Source of the DNA: Candidatus Omnitrophota bacterium
GTDB lineage: Bacteria; Omnitrophota; Omnitrophia; Omnitrophales; Aquincolibacteriaceae
Direction of reading: 5' to 3'
Assembly: GCA_043803685.1 (NCBI GenBank)
Contig: JAZDJU010000032.1
Location: 1-47,596 of the forward strand
Length of the DNA stretch: 47,596 nt
The position numbers were made by a program, and so were the translations under genes. Under the pieces are notes generated by a model. That model saw only the letters and a program-made list of their open reading frames with translations. It was not told the DNA's origin and did not search any database. Position 1 is the stretch's first letter; every line of letters starts with the position of its first letter. Of this stretch, positions 29,258 to 38,783 are shown piece by piece.

Positions 29258-30009
29258 GACGGTGGACATGGTTTTTACTGATCGCGTTAGGGCTTGCGCC
29301 CGCTCTCTGCGTGGGGGCTGATACGGCCAAGGTTTTTCAGGAGGCCAACACAAGTTACCGGACCGGGGATTTCAAGAAGGCAGCGGAGCTTTACGGGGCG
29401 TTGGTCGAGCAGGCACCTCGAGCGGCGGTGTTTTATTTCGACCTTGCGAACACGCATGTGCGGCTTGGGAACCTGAGCCGTGCTATTCTCAACTACGAAA
29501 AAGCGTTGAGTCTCGATCCGAGGAACGCGGATGTCCGGGAGAATTTGCGTTATACTCGCGGACTTCTGGAGTACCGTGTGGAGGATACGCGGAATTGGTA
29601 TCTGAAGGCCACCGAAGTTGTGTTGAAATATGCGACGGAGCGGGAAATCTATGTGGTGGTTCTTGCGGTATTATTTGTTTTTCTGGCGGGGGGGATCCTT
29701 TATTTTGTGCGCGGCCGTGGGGTGTTCTGGAATCCTTGGCAGAAATTCGTTTTTATCATCCTTTTGCTGGCAGTGCTTGTAGCCGTTGGCAAACAGGTTC
29801 AGAGCAACGTGATCCGTGACGCGATCGTGATGCAAAAAGAGTGTGAAGCCCGCTACGGGCCTTCGGAGCATGATCAAGTTGCGTTCAAAATGGGCGAAGG
29901 GATCAAGGTGTTTGTGATGGATCGGCGCGAAGACTGGCGTCGTGTGCTGCTGACGAACGGGGAGAGCGGTTGGGTGAGGGATTCAGATATCGCTGAGGTG
30001 AAAATATGA
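29254..30009 (+). CDS. batE: BatE-like TPR + SH3 membrane protein
   Basis: [23 protein letters not shown], two TMs, C-terminal SH3-like GESGWV; coupled to batD. Confidence 0.8.
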   Translation: MRRWTWFLLIALGLAPALCVGADTAKVFQEANTSYRTGDFKKAAELYGALVEQAPRAAVFYFDLANTHVRLGNLSRAILNYEKALSLDPRNADVRENLRYTRGLLEYRVEDTRNWYLKATEVVLKYATEREIYVVVLAVLFVFLAGGILYFVRGRGVFWNPWQKFVFIILLLAVLVAVGKQVQSNVIRDAIVMQKECEARYGPSEHDQVAFKMGEGIKVFVMDRREDWRRVLLTNGESGWVRDSDIAEVKI

Positions 30010-31187
30010 AAAAACTACCAGACTCCAAAGGACATTTTGGTCCCTACGGCGGACGTTATGTTCCCGAGACGCTTGTGAAGGCCTGTGAGGAATTGACCGT
30101 GGCCTACCGGAAGCTCAGGAGCGATAAACGTTTCCGGGAGGAACTGCGGCACTATCTCCAGACCTATGCCGGGCGTCCGACCCCGCTTTACGAGGCCAAG
30201 AATCTTTCTGCTCATTTCGGCAAGGGGCGGATCTTTCTCAAACGTGAAGACCTCCTTCATACCGGCGCGCATAAGATCAATAACACCCTGGCTCAAGGGC
30301 TTTTGGCCAAGAAACTCGGTAAGACGCGTGTTGTAGCCGAGACTGGCGCGGGGCAGCATGGCGTTGCGTCCGCGACGGCGGCCTGTGTTTTTGGACTGAA
30401 ATGCGTGGTTTACATGGGTGCTGTGGACATGGAACGCCAGGCGCTGAACGTTTACAAGATGAAGTTGCTTGGCGCGGAGGTGCGGTCGGTCCATTCGGGG
30501 TCGAAGACCTTGAAGGACGCGACGAACGAGGCGATCCGGGATTGGGTCACGAACGTTGAGGACACGCATTATCTTCTGGGTTCGGTCGTTGGACCGCATC
30601 CTTATCCGTCAATGGTCCGGGATTTCCAGACAGTGATCGGGAAAGAAACGCGCGCTCAAATTCTCCGGGCGTCCGGAAAATTGCCCGCTTATCTTCTGGC
30701 CTGCGTCGGCGGTGGTAGCAATTCCATGGGCTTTTTTCATCCGTTCCTCAAGGACCGGAATGTCCGCATCGTCGGGATCGAAGCGGCTGGCGAGGGCGTT
30801 TCCACGCATCATCACGCGGCGTCGATCACGAAGGGAAGGCCCGGTATCCTTCACGGAATGAAAAGTTATTTGCTTCAGGACAAGAACGGTCAGGTGCTCT
30901 TGGCTCATTCGATCTCCGCGGGACTCGATTATCCTTCGGTGGGGCCGGAACACTCGTATCTGAAAGATTCGGGGCGTGTCACCTACAAGGCTGTGACGGA
31001 TACCGATGCTCTTAAAGGTTTTGATCTTTTGACCAAGCTTGAAGGCATTATGCCTGCTTTGGAACCTTCTCATGCGCTAGGCTATTTGCCCAAGCTGATG
31101 CCCAAGACAAGGCGTTCGGATGTTGTCATCGTTTGCCTTTCCGGCCGCGGCGACAAAGACATTCATACGGTGCAGCAGTATCTTTGA
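30006..31187 (+). CDS. trpB: Tryptophan synthase beta chain
   Basis: [40 protein letters not shown]. Confidence 0.98.
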   Translation: MKKLPDSKGHFGPYGGRYVPETLVKACEELTVAYRKLRSDKRFREELRHYLQTYAGRPTPLYEAKNLSAHFGKGRIFLKREDLLHTGAHKINNTLAQGLLAKKLGKTRVVAETGAGQHGVASATAACVFGLKCVVYMGAVDMERQALNVYKMKLLGAEVRSVHSGSKTLKDATNEAIRDWVTNVEDTHYLLGSVVGPHPYPSMVRDFQTVIGKETRAQILRASGKLPAYLLACVGGGSNSMGFFHPFLKDRNVRIVGIEAAGEGVSTHHHAASITKGRPGILHGMKSYLLQDKNGQVLLAHSISAGLDYPSVGPEHSYLKDSGRVTYKAVTDTDALKGFDLLTKLEGIMPALEPSHALGYLPKLMPKTRRSDVVIVCLSGRGDKDIHTVQQYL

Positions 31188-31207
31188 GAAACAAAAAAGA
31201 AAGGGCC

Positions 31208-31277
31208 AAGTGTCATAGTGTCAATGTGTCAAAGTGTCAGAATCTTGACACTCTGATACCCTGATACGTTGATACCC
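31208..31277. repeat. Inverted array of 8-nt units (NNGTGTCA x4 / TGAYACNN x4)
   Basis: AAGTGTCA TAGTGTCA ATGTGTCA AAGTGTCA, loop GAATCT, then TGACACTC TGATACCC TGATACGT TGATACCC. Confidence 0.9.
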
Positions 31278-31288
31278 AAAAAGAATTT

Positions 31289-32080
31289 ATGTTGCCAAAT
31301 CGATTAGATCAAAAAATCAGGGAAGCGCGAAGGAAAAAAGGAAAGCTTTTCTGCGTTTTCTTAACACTAGGATATCCAAGCATTGCCGCGACCGAGCGCC
31401 TGATCCTGTCTTCGGCTGCAGCCGGGGTGGATATCATCGAGTTGGGTTTTCCTTTTTCAGACCCTCTCGCAGACGGGCCGACGATCCAGTTCTCCTCGGA
31501 CAAAGCCATTCAAAAAGGCGTGACGCTCAAAGATGCGTTCGCTCTTGTGCGTCGTATCCGTCAAAAGGGTTGCCGGGTCCCGATCGTTTTCTTTGGTTAT
31601 TTCAATCCTGTGTTCTCCTATGGCGCGAATGATTTCGCTAGGGATGCAAGGGGTGCGGGAATGGACGGGCTGATCATTCCGGATCTGCCGTCTGAGGAAG
31701 AACCAGAGTTTCAAAAAGCGTGCCGGGTGCAAAAGCTGTGCCGGGTGCAACTCGTCGCCCCAACCACCGAAAATAAAAGGGCAAAGATGCTTGTAGGGAA
31801 GTCCGAAGGATTCGTCTATTATGTGTCGCTTCGGGGCGTCACCGGTGCACGGAAAGCCGTGGCGTCGGATCTCAAGGGACATCTTCAAAAGTTAAAGCGT
31901 ATGACCACGAAGCCGGTTCTTGCCGGATTTGGCATCTCAACACCGGAACAGGCAAGAGATATCTCCCGCATGGCGGATGGTGTGATCGTTGGGAGCGCGG
32001 TGATCGAGCATTTGAAGCGCGGCGTGCCCGCGGCGGAGCACTATATCGAAAAAATGTCACGCGCGGTACACGGGGCATGA
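31289..32080 (+). CDS. trpA: Tryptophan synthase alpha chain
   Basis: ELGFPFSDPLADGPTIQ, IPDLP, LVAPTT, GVTG, GFGI, VGSA. Confidence 0.97.
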   Translation: MLPNRLDQKIREARRKKGKLFCVFLTLGYPSIAATERLILSSAAAGVDIIELGFPFSDPLADGPTIQFSSDKAIQKGVTLKDAFALVRRIRQKGCRVPIVFFGYFNPVFSYGANDFARDARGAGMDGLIIPDLPSEEEPEFQKACRVQKLCRVQLVAPTTENKRAKMLVGKSEGFVYYVSLRGVTGARKAVASDLKGHLQKLKRMTTKPVLAGFGISTPEQARDISRMADGVIVGSAVIEHLKRGVPAAEHYIEKMSRAVHGA

Positions 32081-32502
32081 ACGGCGCGCTGTTGGGTTTG
32101 GATATTGGTGAGAAAAGAATTGGGGTCGCGTTCGTGCCGGCCGGGACCACGATCGCGTTTCCGGTCAAAACAATCGAGGCCAAAGGCCGGGAACAGGTTC
32201 TGGCTCAGATCCAGAAATTGATCCTGGAGCATAAAGCGGTGAAGGTCGTGGTTGGTCTTCCCATAACGCTCAAGGGGGAAATGGGGATCGCGGCGCAGAA
32301 AAGGGTTCAGGAAGTCGAGTGGTATCAGGCGCGGCTTGCGGTGCCTGTGGTAATGTGGGACGAGAGGCTTTCATCGAAGGAAGTCGAACGAATGCTGATC
32401 TCGGCCGATGTGAGCCGTGAAAGGCGCAAGGAAGTGATCGACCAGTTGGCCGCCCAGAGAATTTTACAGACCTATTTAGACAGCACGCTCGCGAACTCAT
32501 AA
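32077..32502 (+). CDS. yqgF: YqgF/RuvX pre-16S rRNA nuclease
   Basis: LGLDIGEKRIGVA, VVGLP, DERLSS, IDQLAAQRIL. Confidence 0.93.
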   Translation: MNGALLGLDIGEKRIGVAFVPAGTTIAFPVKTIEAKGREQVLAQIQKLILEHKAVKVVVGLPITLKGEMGIAAQKRVQEVEWYQARLAVPVVMWDERLSSKEVERMLISADVSRERRKEVIDQLAAQRILQTYLDSTLANS

Positions 32503-32511
32503 AGGAAAATT

Positions 32512-33792
32512 ATGGTCTATCAACTGACAACTTTGGATAATGGTTTGAAAGTTTTGACCGTTCCGATGGCGAACCGGGAATCGGCCGCGGTGGCTATCTG
32601 GGTCAAGGTCGGCGGTCGCTATGAGCCCAAGAAGATCTCGGGGATCTCGCATTTTCTGGAACATATGATGTTCAAGGGGACGTCATCGAGGAACACGCGC
32701 GAGATCAAGGAATCGATCGAAGGCGTGGGCGGGGTCCTGAACGCGTTCACCGGTGAGGAGATGACCTGTTATTTCGCGAAGCTCCTGAAGCAATACTATC
32801 CCCGGGCGCTCGATGTTCTTTCCGATATGGTGCTTCATTCGACTTTACCGGCGGAGGAGCTCACTAAAGAGCGCACGGTGATCCTTGAAGAGATCAAAAT
32901 GTACCGGGATGTGCCGTCGCACCACGTGCACGATCTGATGGGGGAGCTTTTGTGGTCGGACCAGCCGCTCGGCCGTTCACTGGCCGGAACTCCGGAAACA
33001 GTTTCACGGATGACGCGCGCCGAGATCCTGAAATATATGAAGGGCCACTACCATAATGGCAACATCCTCGTTTCGGTTTCGGGGGACGTGGACCACGAGG
33101 ATGTTCTGGAACGTGTGACGGATATCTACAAAACGAATAAACCGGCCAAGCCTTCTGAGTTCCCCCCAGCGGAAAGTAAACAGACGAAGCCAAAGACTCA
33201 TTATTATGAAAAGGCGACCGAGCAAACGCATCTGGTGATCGGGCTTCATGCTCTTCCCCGTATGCACCCCGATCGTTACAAGCTGGGGCTTCTGCATGTG
33301 ATGCTAGGAGCGAACATGTCGAGCCGTCTTTTCGAAGAAGTGCGTGAGAAACGCGGTCTGGCGTACGAGATCAAGTCCAGCATTTCCGGCTATCAGGATG
33401 CCGGTTCTTTTTCGGTGTCGGCGGGTGTCGAAACGAAAAAGACCGTGCGGGCCGTGGCTGTGATCATGAAAGAACTCGCGAAGGTTCGGAAAACCCTCGT
33501 GAAGCCGGGCGAACTTCGTCGCGCGAAGGATTATTTCATGAGCCAGGTTTCACTGGGCGTGGAGGACACGCTGGATCACATGCTGTGGGCGGGTGAAAAG
33601 GCACTTTGTTCCGGGGAATTGCCCGACCGAGCCGAGATCCGCCGGGAGATCGAGATGACGACCGTGGAGGACATTCAGCGGGTCGCGCAGGGGATCTTTC
33701 GGACCGGGAATTTGAACCTTTCGCTGATCGGGCCGGTGCCAGAAAAGATGCAGCGCGAGATCACGAAAAATCTTGTTATCGAAGGAAATTAA
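32512..33792 (+). CDS. M16-family zinc peptidase
   Basis: Inverted zinc motif HFLEHMMFKGT, NAFT, SSRLFEEVREKRGLAY. Confidence 0.95.
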   Translation: MVYQLTTLDNGLKVLTVPMANRESAAVAIWVKVGGRYEPKKISGISHFLEHMMFKGTSSRNTREIKESIEGVGGVLNAFTGEEMTCYFAKLLKQYYPRALDVLSDMVLHSTLPAEELTKERTVILEEIKMYRDVPSHHVHDLMGELLWSDQPLGRSLAGTPETVSRMTRAEILKYMKGHYHNGNILVSVSGDVDHEDVLERVTDIYKTNKPAKPSEFPPAESKQTKPKTHYYEKATEQTHLVIGLHALPRMHPDRYKLGLLHVMLGANMSSRLFEEVREKRGLAYEIKSSISGYQDAGSFSVSAGVETKKTVRAVAVIMKELAKVRKTLVKPGELRRAKDYFMSQVSLGVEDTLDHMLWAGEKALCSGELPDRAEIRREIEMTTVEDIQRVAQGIFRTGNLNLSLIGPVPEKMQREITKNLVIEGN

Positions 33793-33798
33793 TAAAAA

Positions 33799-33894
33799 GT
33801 CATCGCGAGGCCGCCGAGGGCGAGCCGTGGCGATCTGGTTTTCGTTTCAATGCTAAAAGATTGCCACGCCCTAAAAAACGGGGCTCGTAATGAC
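33799..33894. repeat. REP/RPE-like palindromic element (GTCAT...ATGAC type)
   Basis: Outer arms GTCATCGCGAG / CTCGTAATGAC and inner arms CGTGGCGATCT (33826-36) / AGATTGCCACG (33858-68). Confidence 0.85.
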
Positions 33895-33907
33895 AGTGGA
33901 GGATAAG

Positions 33908-34558
33908 TTGAGGAAAATAATGCTAGCGCCGAGTTTGCTTTCCGCGGATTTTGGCCGGTTGGCTGAAGAAGTCCGGGAAGTCGAAAATGCCGGTTGTGAT
34001 GTTCTCCATATCGACGTCATGGATGGGCACTTTGTTCCCAATCTTACGATCGGGCCGCTGGTGGTGAGCGCGGTGCGCAAGGTCACAAAAATGCCGCTCG
34101 ACGTCCATCTGATGATCGACACGCCGTCCCGTTATATCGCCGAATTCCGGAAGGCCGGCGCGGACTGGATCACGGTCCATGTTGAGGCGGAAAAAGACGT
34201 CCGGGGCGTGCTTCAGACGATCCGGGCCTCGGGCGCGAAGGCGGGAATATCTCTCAAGCCCAAGACCGCGATCGAAGCGATCCTTCCTTATCTTCAAGAC
34301 CTGAACCTGATCCTTGTGATGTCGGTCGAGCCCGGATTCGGCGGACAGTCGTTCATGCCGGACATGATGGCGAAAGTCAAAGCCCTGCGTTCGAAGTTCC
34401 GCGGGCTTATTTCCGTGGATGGCGGTATCGGCGCTGGGAATGCTTCCCAGGCGATCGAGGCCGGTGCGGACGTGCTGGTCGCGGGGAGCGCTGTTTTCGG
34501 GAAGGCCGACCGTGCCAAAGCTGTTCAGGAATTCCAGGAGATCTTCAAGAAATTCTAA
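33908..34558 (+). CDS. rpe: Ribulose-phosphate 3-epimerase
   Basis: [39 protein letters not shown] start after GGAGG; the ATG at 33890 belongs to the palindrome. Confidence 0.96.
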   Translation: MRKIMLAPSLLSADFGRLAEEVREVENAGCDVLHIDVMDGHFVPNLTIGPLVVSAVRKVTKMPLDVHLMIDTPSRYIAEFRKAGADWITVHVEAEKDVRGVLQTIRASGAKAGISLKPKTAIEAILPYLQDLNLILVMSVEPGFGGQSFMPDMMAKVKALRSKFRGLISVDGGIGAGNASQAIEAGADVLVAGSAVFGKADRAKAVQEFQEIFKKF

Positions 34559-36339
34559 TGATCCCCTCCAAGATCCGTAATTTCTCCATTATCGCGCATA
34601 TTGACCACGGGAAGTCTACGCTTGCCGACAGGCTCCTTCTGCATACGGGGGCAATCACCAAACGCGAGTTTCGCGATCAGATCCTGGACGACATGGAGCT
34701 CGAGCGCGAGCGTGGTATCACGATCAAGGCGCGCGCGGTGCGAATTCATTACAAAGGTTATTGGCTCAACCTGATTGACACTCCTGGGCATATCGATTTT
34801 ACTTACGAAGTTTCCAAGAGCCTCGCGGCCTGCGAAGGCGTGCTGCTTCTGGTAGATGCCGGGCAGGGGATCCAGGCGCAGACTGTCACGAACCTCTATC
34901 TGGCCATGGAGCGCAATCTCAAGATCATCCCGATCGTGACGAAGATCGATCTTCCGACCGCGGAACCGGAACGGGTTAAAAAAGAGATTGTCGATTTTCT
35001 GGGCGTGGATGAAAAAGAGATCATTCTTTCCAGCGCGAAGTCCGGAGAAGGCACGGAGGAGATCCTTTCCGCCATCATTGACAAGATCCCGCCGCCGCAG
35101 GGAGATCCTGAGAAACCTTTGCGGGCGCTCATCTTTGATTCCAAGTTCGACAGTTATCAGGGGGTGGTGGCTTATTTCCGTATTTTTGACGGGAAGCTCC
35201 GGACACACGACCAGGTTCTGATGATGCAGACCCATAACCAGCACGAGGTCGATCAGATCGGTATCTTTAATCCGAATCCGGAGGCCGTCGAAGAACTCGG
35301 GCCCGGCGCGGTCGGTTATGTGAACGCGAATATCAAGGACATCGCGGATGTGAAGATCGGCGATACGATGACGCTGGCCCACAACCCCGCCACGGAGGCC
35401 TTGCCGGGTTATCAGGATGTGAAGCCCATGGTTTTTTGCGGGCTCTATCCGATCCAGGCCAATGATTTTGCCCTGCTCAGGGACGCGCTCGCGAAGCTCA
35501 GGCTCAATGATTCCTCTTTTGTTTATGAGCCGGAATCCTCGGCATCGCTCGGGCACGGGTATCGTTGCGGATTCCTCGGACTACTCCACATGGATATCAT
35601 TAAGGAGCGCCTTGAACGCGAATTTAATCTCCAACTCATTATCACCGCGCCGAACGTCCGGTATAAAGTGCTAACGACCCGGGGGGATATTCTCGAGATC
35701 GAGAATCCCACGGATCTGCCGCCTGTGCAAAATATAGAGATCCTCGAAGAACCTTACATCCTGGCCCATGTGATGGTCCCTTCCACGGCGCTCGGAGTGA
35801 TCATGCAGCTTTGCCAGGACCGCCGCGGAACCTATAAGAGTACGGAATATCTCGACGCGACGCGCGTGGTGTTGACCTATGAGATCCCGTTCTCGGAAGT
35901 GGTCATGGATTTTTATGATAAGATCAAGTCGCTCACCGCGGGTTACGGATCCCTCAACTATGAATTCATTGGTCATAAGCCCTCGGACTTGGTGAAGATG
36001 GACATCCTGATCAACGGGGAACCGGTCGACGCGCTTGCGATCATTACCTGGAAGGAAAAGGCTTATCCTCGCGGCAAGGCGCTCGTGGAAAAACTCAAGG
36101 AAGTGATCCCCAAGCAGATGTTTGAAGTGGTCATTCAGGCGGCGATCGGGGCGAAGATCATCGCCCGCGATTCTATCGCGGCGATCAAAAAGAACGTGAC
36201 GGCCAAGTGCTACGGCGGCGATATTACCCGTAAGCGCAAGCTCTGGGAAAAGCAGAAGGAAGGGAAGAAGCGCATGAAAAAGATCGGAAGGGTCGATCTT
36301 CCTCAAGAAGCATTCATCAGCATTCTAAAGGTGGAATAA
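34558..36339 (+). CDS. lepA: Elongation factor 4
   Basis: [44 protein letters not shown]. Confidence 0.98.
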   Translation: MIPSKIRNFSIIAHIDHGKSTLADRLLLHTGAITKREFRDQILDDMELERERGITIKARAVRIHYKGYWLNLIDTPGHIDFTYEVSKSLAACEGVLLLVDAGQGIQAQTVTNLYLAMERNLKIIPIVTKIDLPTAEPERVKKEIVDFLGVDEKEIILSSAKSGEGTEEILSAIIDKIPPPQGDPEKPLRALIFDSKFDSYQGVVAYFRIFDGKLRTHDQVLMMQTHNQHEVDQIGIFNPNPEAVEELGPGAVGYVNANIKDIADVKIGDTMTLAHNPATEALPGYQDVKPMVFCGLYPIQANDFALLRDALAKLRLNDSSFVYEPESSASLGHGYRCGFLGLLHMDIIKERLEREFNLQLIITAPNVRYKVLTTRGDILEIENPTDLPPVQNIEILEEPYILAHVMVPSTALGVIMQLCQDRRGTYKSTEYLDATRVVLTYEIPFSEVVMDFYDKIKSLTAGYGSLNYEFIGHKPSDLVKMDILINGEPVDALAIITWKEKAYPRGKALVEKLKEVIPKQMFEVVIQAAIGAKIIARDSIAAIKKNVTAKCYGGDITRKRKLWEKQKEGKKRMKKIGRVDLPQEAFISILKVE

Positions 36340-36340
36340 C

Positions 36341-37006
36341 ATGGAATTTATTCTTATTCAAGTCATACGGAAATATCTCTGGCTTCTGCCGGTTGCGGCG
36401 GTGCTGGCTTATGTTTACAGGGCCAAGCTGGTCTCGGAGTGGCACTTTGCCCGCTCGGAACCCAAGCGGTGGCTTCTCGAGAAATGGAAGAACTGGGGCG
36501 AACCTCTTCTCATTGCGGCTGTTCTGGCGATCCTGATCCGCACGTTCCTTTTTGGGCCCTACAAGATCCCGACCGGTTCCATGAAGCCGACGTTTATGGA
36601 AGAGGACAAGATCTTCGTGGATAAGTTGAGTTATCGGTTTCATGCGCCGGAACGCGGGGATATTATTGTGTTCAAGTATCCGATGGATCGCAAAAAAGAT
36701 TTCGTCAAACGACTCGCGGGACTTCCGGGGGATGAGTTGGAGATCCGTAAAGGGGTGCTCTTCGTCAATGGGAAACCGATGACCGATCCGCCGTTTTCCG
36801 GAAACACCTATTACAATGTTGAAGACTGGAAATTCGGGAAATCCGGCCAGATCATCCAGGTGCCGGACGGGCAATATTTCGCGTTGGGGGACAACTCGGC
36901 GCATTCGGCGGATAGTCGTCAGTGGGGATTTGTTCCCAGGAAAGATCTGGTCGGTAAAGCTTTTATGATCTGGTGGCCGCCGAACCGCATTAAACTCGCA
37001 AAGTAG
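36341..37006 (+). CDS. lepB: Signal peptidase I
   Basis: IPTGSMKPT (Ser), FVKR (Lys), GDNSAHSADSR; follows lepA. Confidence 0.96.
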   Translation: MEFILIQVIRKYLWLLPVAAVLAYVYRAKLVSEWHFARSEPKRWLLEKWKNWGEPLLIAAVLAILIRTFLFGPYKIPTGSMKPTFMEEDKIFVDKLSYRFHAPERGDIIVFKYPMDRKKDFVKRLAGLPGDELEIRKGVLFVNGKPMTDPPFSGNTYYNVEDWKFGKSGQIIQVPDGQYFALGDNSAHSADSRQWGFVPRKDLVGKAFMIWWPPNRIKLAK

Positions 37007-37141
37007 GTAGGCGAGCTCACAAGGAATCTTCGTCTTTTCACCTCACGGTGCACCTCCATCGCTTTCTGATGCCATTTCCATCCGATTTTAATTAAATCTT
37101 CCGTGCAAGCGGTCGTAAATATACCCACGGAGGATTCACCC

Positions 37142-37750
37142 ATGCAGACGGAATTGTTTGATTTGCCAACACCACGGACTCTTACCGAGGATTCAACGGC
37201 CTCGAAGATCTCTTGTCTTGAAAGGAATTTTATCACGCTGCGTCTGGATCAGACGATCGGATTAGCGCTTGTTCTTCTCGTTATCTACGTTTTGACTTTC
37301 TCTTGGGGTGTCGAAAAAGGGAAGAAGTCCTCACGCGAAAGCCAGGGAGTGCGCCAAGTTTCGGAAGCGGTACTTCCTTCCGTGGTGGCTCCGGTGGCTG
37401 TCGCGAAGGTTTCGCGGAGCCTTTCCATGGAATCCGTTGATGGTTCGGTGCCCATGGAAGTTGCGATTCCTGTGGCTGAGTTGCCGAAGCCGGTGGCCAA
37501 GGTGGCACCGAGACCTGACGGAAAATTCACGATCCAGCATGTGACCTACATGACCCAGTCTGCCGCAGAACGTGAGATCCAAAAGCTTGCCCAGAGAGGG
37601 TACAGTTCCTTTGTGATCCCAAGCGGCAAACACCTGCAGGTCTGTATTGCGGCGTTCCAGTCACGTCAGGACGCATCGAAGATCCTCAAGCAACTGCGGA
37701 CACAGGGGCTTGTTTCCGGCGATGCCTATGTGCGTCCGATGGTGCGTTGA
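37142..37750 (+). CDS. SPOR-domain membrane protein
   Basis: TM ending FSWGVEKG, Pro/Val-rich linker, C-terminal FTIQHVTY...DAYVR; GGAGG before ATG 37142. Confidence 0.8.
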   Translation: MQTELFDLPTPRTLTEDSTASKISCLERNFITLRLDQTIGLALVLLVIYVLTFSWGVEKGKKSSRESQGVRQVSEAVLPSVVAPVAVAKVSRSLSMESVDGSVPMEVAIPVAELPKPVAKVAPRPDGKFTIQHVTYMTQSAAEREIQKLAQRGYSSFVIPSGKHLQVCIAAFQSRQDASKILKQLRTQGLVSGDAYVRPMVR

Positions 37751-37875
37751 TCGATCTCGCACTGCTCCTCTTTTTTTGCGAACTTTCGAACTATCCTTGT
37801 CTTGCATTCTTTTCATGAATGGCTGGCAAGGATTGCCCCAATTTCAGATATGCTGAAATTGATAAGAATTGGGAC

Positions 37876-37904
37876 TAGCCATTTTATGCGTGCATCGGTA
37901 TAAT
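37876..37904 (+). promoter_or_regulatory. Putative sigma70 promoter for the small basic protein gene
   Basis: TAGCCA (37876-81), 17-bp spacer, TATAAT (37899-904). Confidence 0.5.
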
Positions 37905-37969
37905 ACGCACCTCCAACAGAACAACTGTTCGGAAAGATCCAATTCACAAACAAAGGAGTTCAGTGTCTT

Positions 37970-38263
37970 ATGTCTCAACATCCCAGTCTTCGTTCTGATA
38001 GCGTCGGGGCCAAACACCGGAACGTTTTTAAGCGTCTTGAGCGCGTCAAGAAGCTCCAGGAAATGGGCAAGTGGAGTGATCGTGTGACGGCTTACAATCT
38101 TCCCAAAGTGAAGTCTCTTAAGATCAAGATGAAGAAGGTTAAGGAAGCCAAAGCCGGGGCTGCCGCCGAAGGCGCTGCGACTCCAGGAGCTGCCGCACCC
38201 GCAGGAAAACCTGCTGCAGGAAAAACTGCCGCAAAACCGGGCGCTGATGCCAAGAAAGCCTAA
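37970..38263 (+). CDS. PVC-superphylum signature small basic protein with Ala/Lys/Pro tail
   Basis: MSQHPSL...RNVFKRLERVKKL...GKW...YNLPKVK matches the family pattern; AAGGAG RBS. Confidence 0.85.
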   Translation: MSQHPSLRSDSVGAKHRNVFKRLERVKKLQEMGKWSDRVTAYNLPKVKSLKIKMKKVKEAKAGAAAEGAATPGAAAPAGKPAAGKTAAKPGADAKKA

Positions 38264-38284
38264 CGGAGAAAGTCCCATTTCTTT

Positions 38285-38782
38285 ATGATCACGATCCGGA
38301 GATCTGTGAAAGAAGATGATGCTGCGGTTGTGGACCTCATCAGCGGCATCATGGACCAAGAGTTTCATGACGCTAAGCATGCTTATCCCATCGAGGACGT
38401 CGAGTGCATCGAGAAAGCCTATGGCGGGATTGGTGAGGCGTTTTTCGTAGCCGTGGATGAAAAAACACACAAAGTGGTCGGGACCGTGGCGGTCAAGAAA
38501 GAGGACGGCCGTATTGCCTTGCTGCGTCGTCTCTTTGTTGCGCCGACGCATCGTAAATTAAAGATCGGTAAACGTCTGATCGATCGCGCGTTGGATTTTT
38601 GTCGCGAGGTGGGCTACGAAGAAATGGTTTTTAAAACCACTTCCAAGATGGCGGGAGCGATCGATCTTTGCCTGAAGAACGGTTTCATTCAGCGCGCTCA
38701 TATTGTTCTGGGGCCCATTGAGCTTGTGAAGTTGTCACTGTGTCTCCGGGGGGATGTTCACGCTGCAAAAGGGAGAACCTAG
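38285..38782 (+). CDS. GNAT-family N-acetyltransferase
   Basis: VVGTVAV, LRRLFVAPTHRKLKIGKRL, KNGF. Confidence 0.88.
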   Translation: MITIRRSVKEDDAAVVDLISGIMDQEFHDAKHAYPIEDVECIEKAYGGIGEAFFVAVDEKTHKVVGTVAVKKEDGRIALLRRLFVAPTHRKLKIGKRLIDRALDFCREVGYEEMVFKTTSKMAGAIDLCLKNGFIQRAHIVLGPIELVKLSLCLRGDVHAAKGRT

Positions 38783-38783
38783 C

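Noticed and set aside
19511..31277. Periodic repeats as CRISPR arrays
   Set aside because: The units are only 7-8 nt, there are no unique spacers, and no cas genes are present.
34730..34790. Short loop deletion in LepA ([16 protein letters not shown])
   Set aside because: This surface loop varies in length, and all GTPase motifs are intact.
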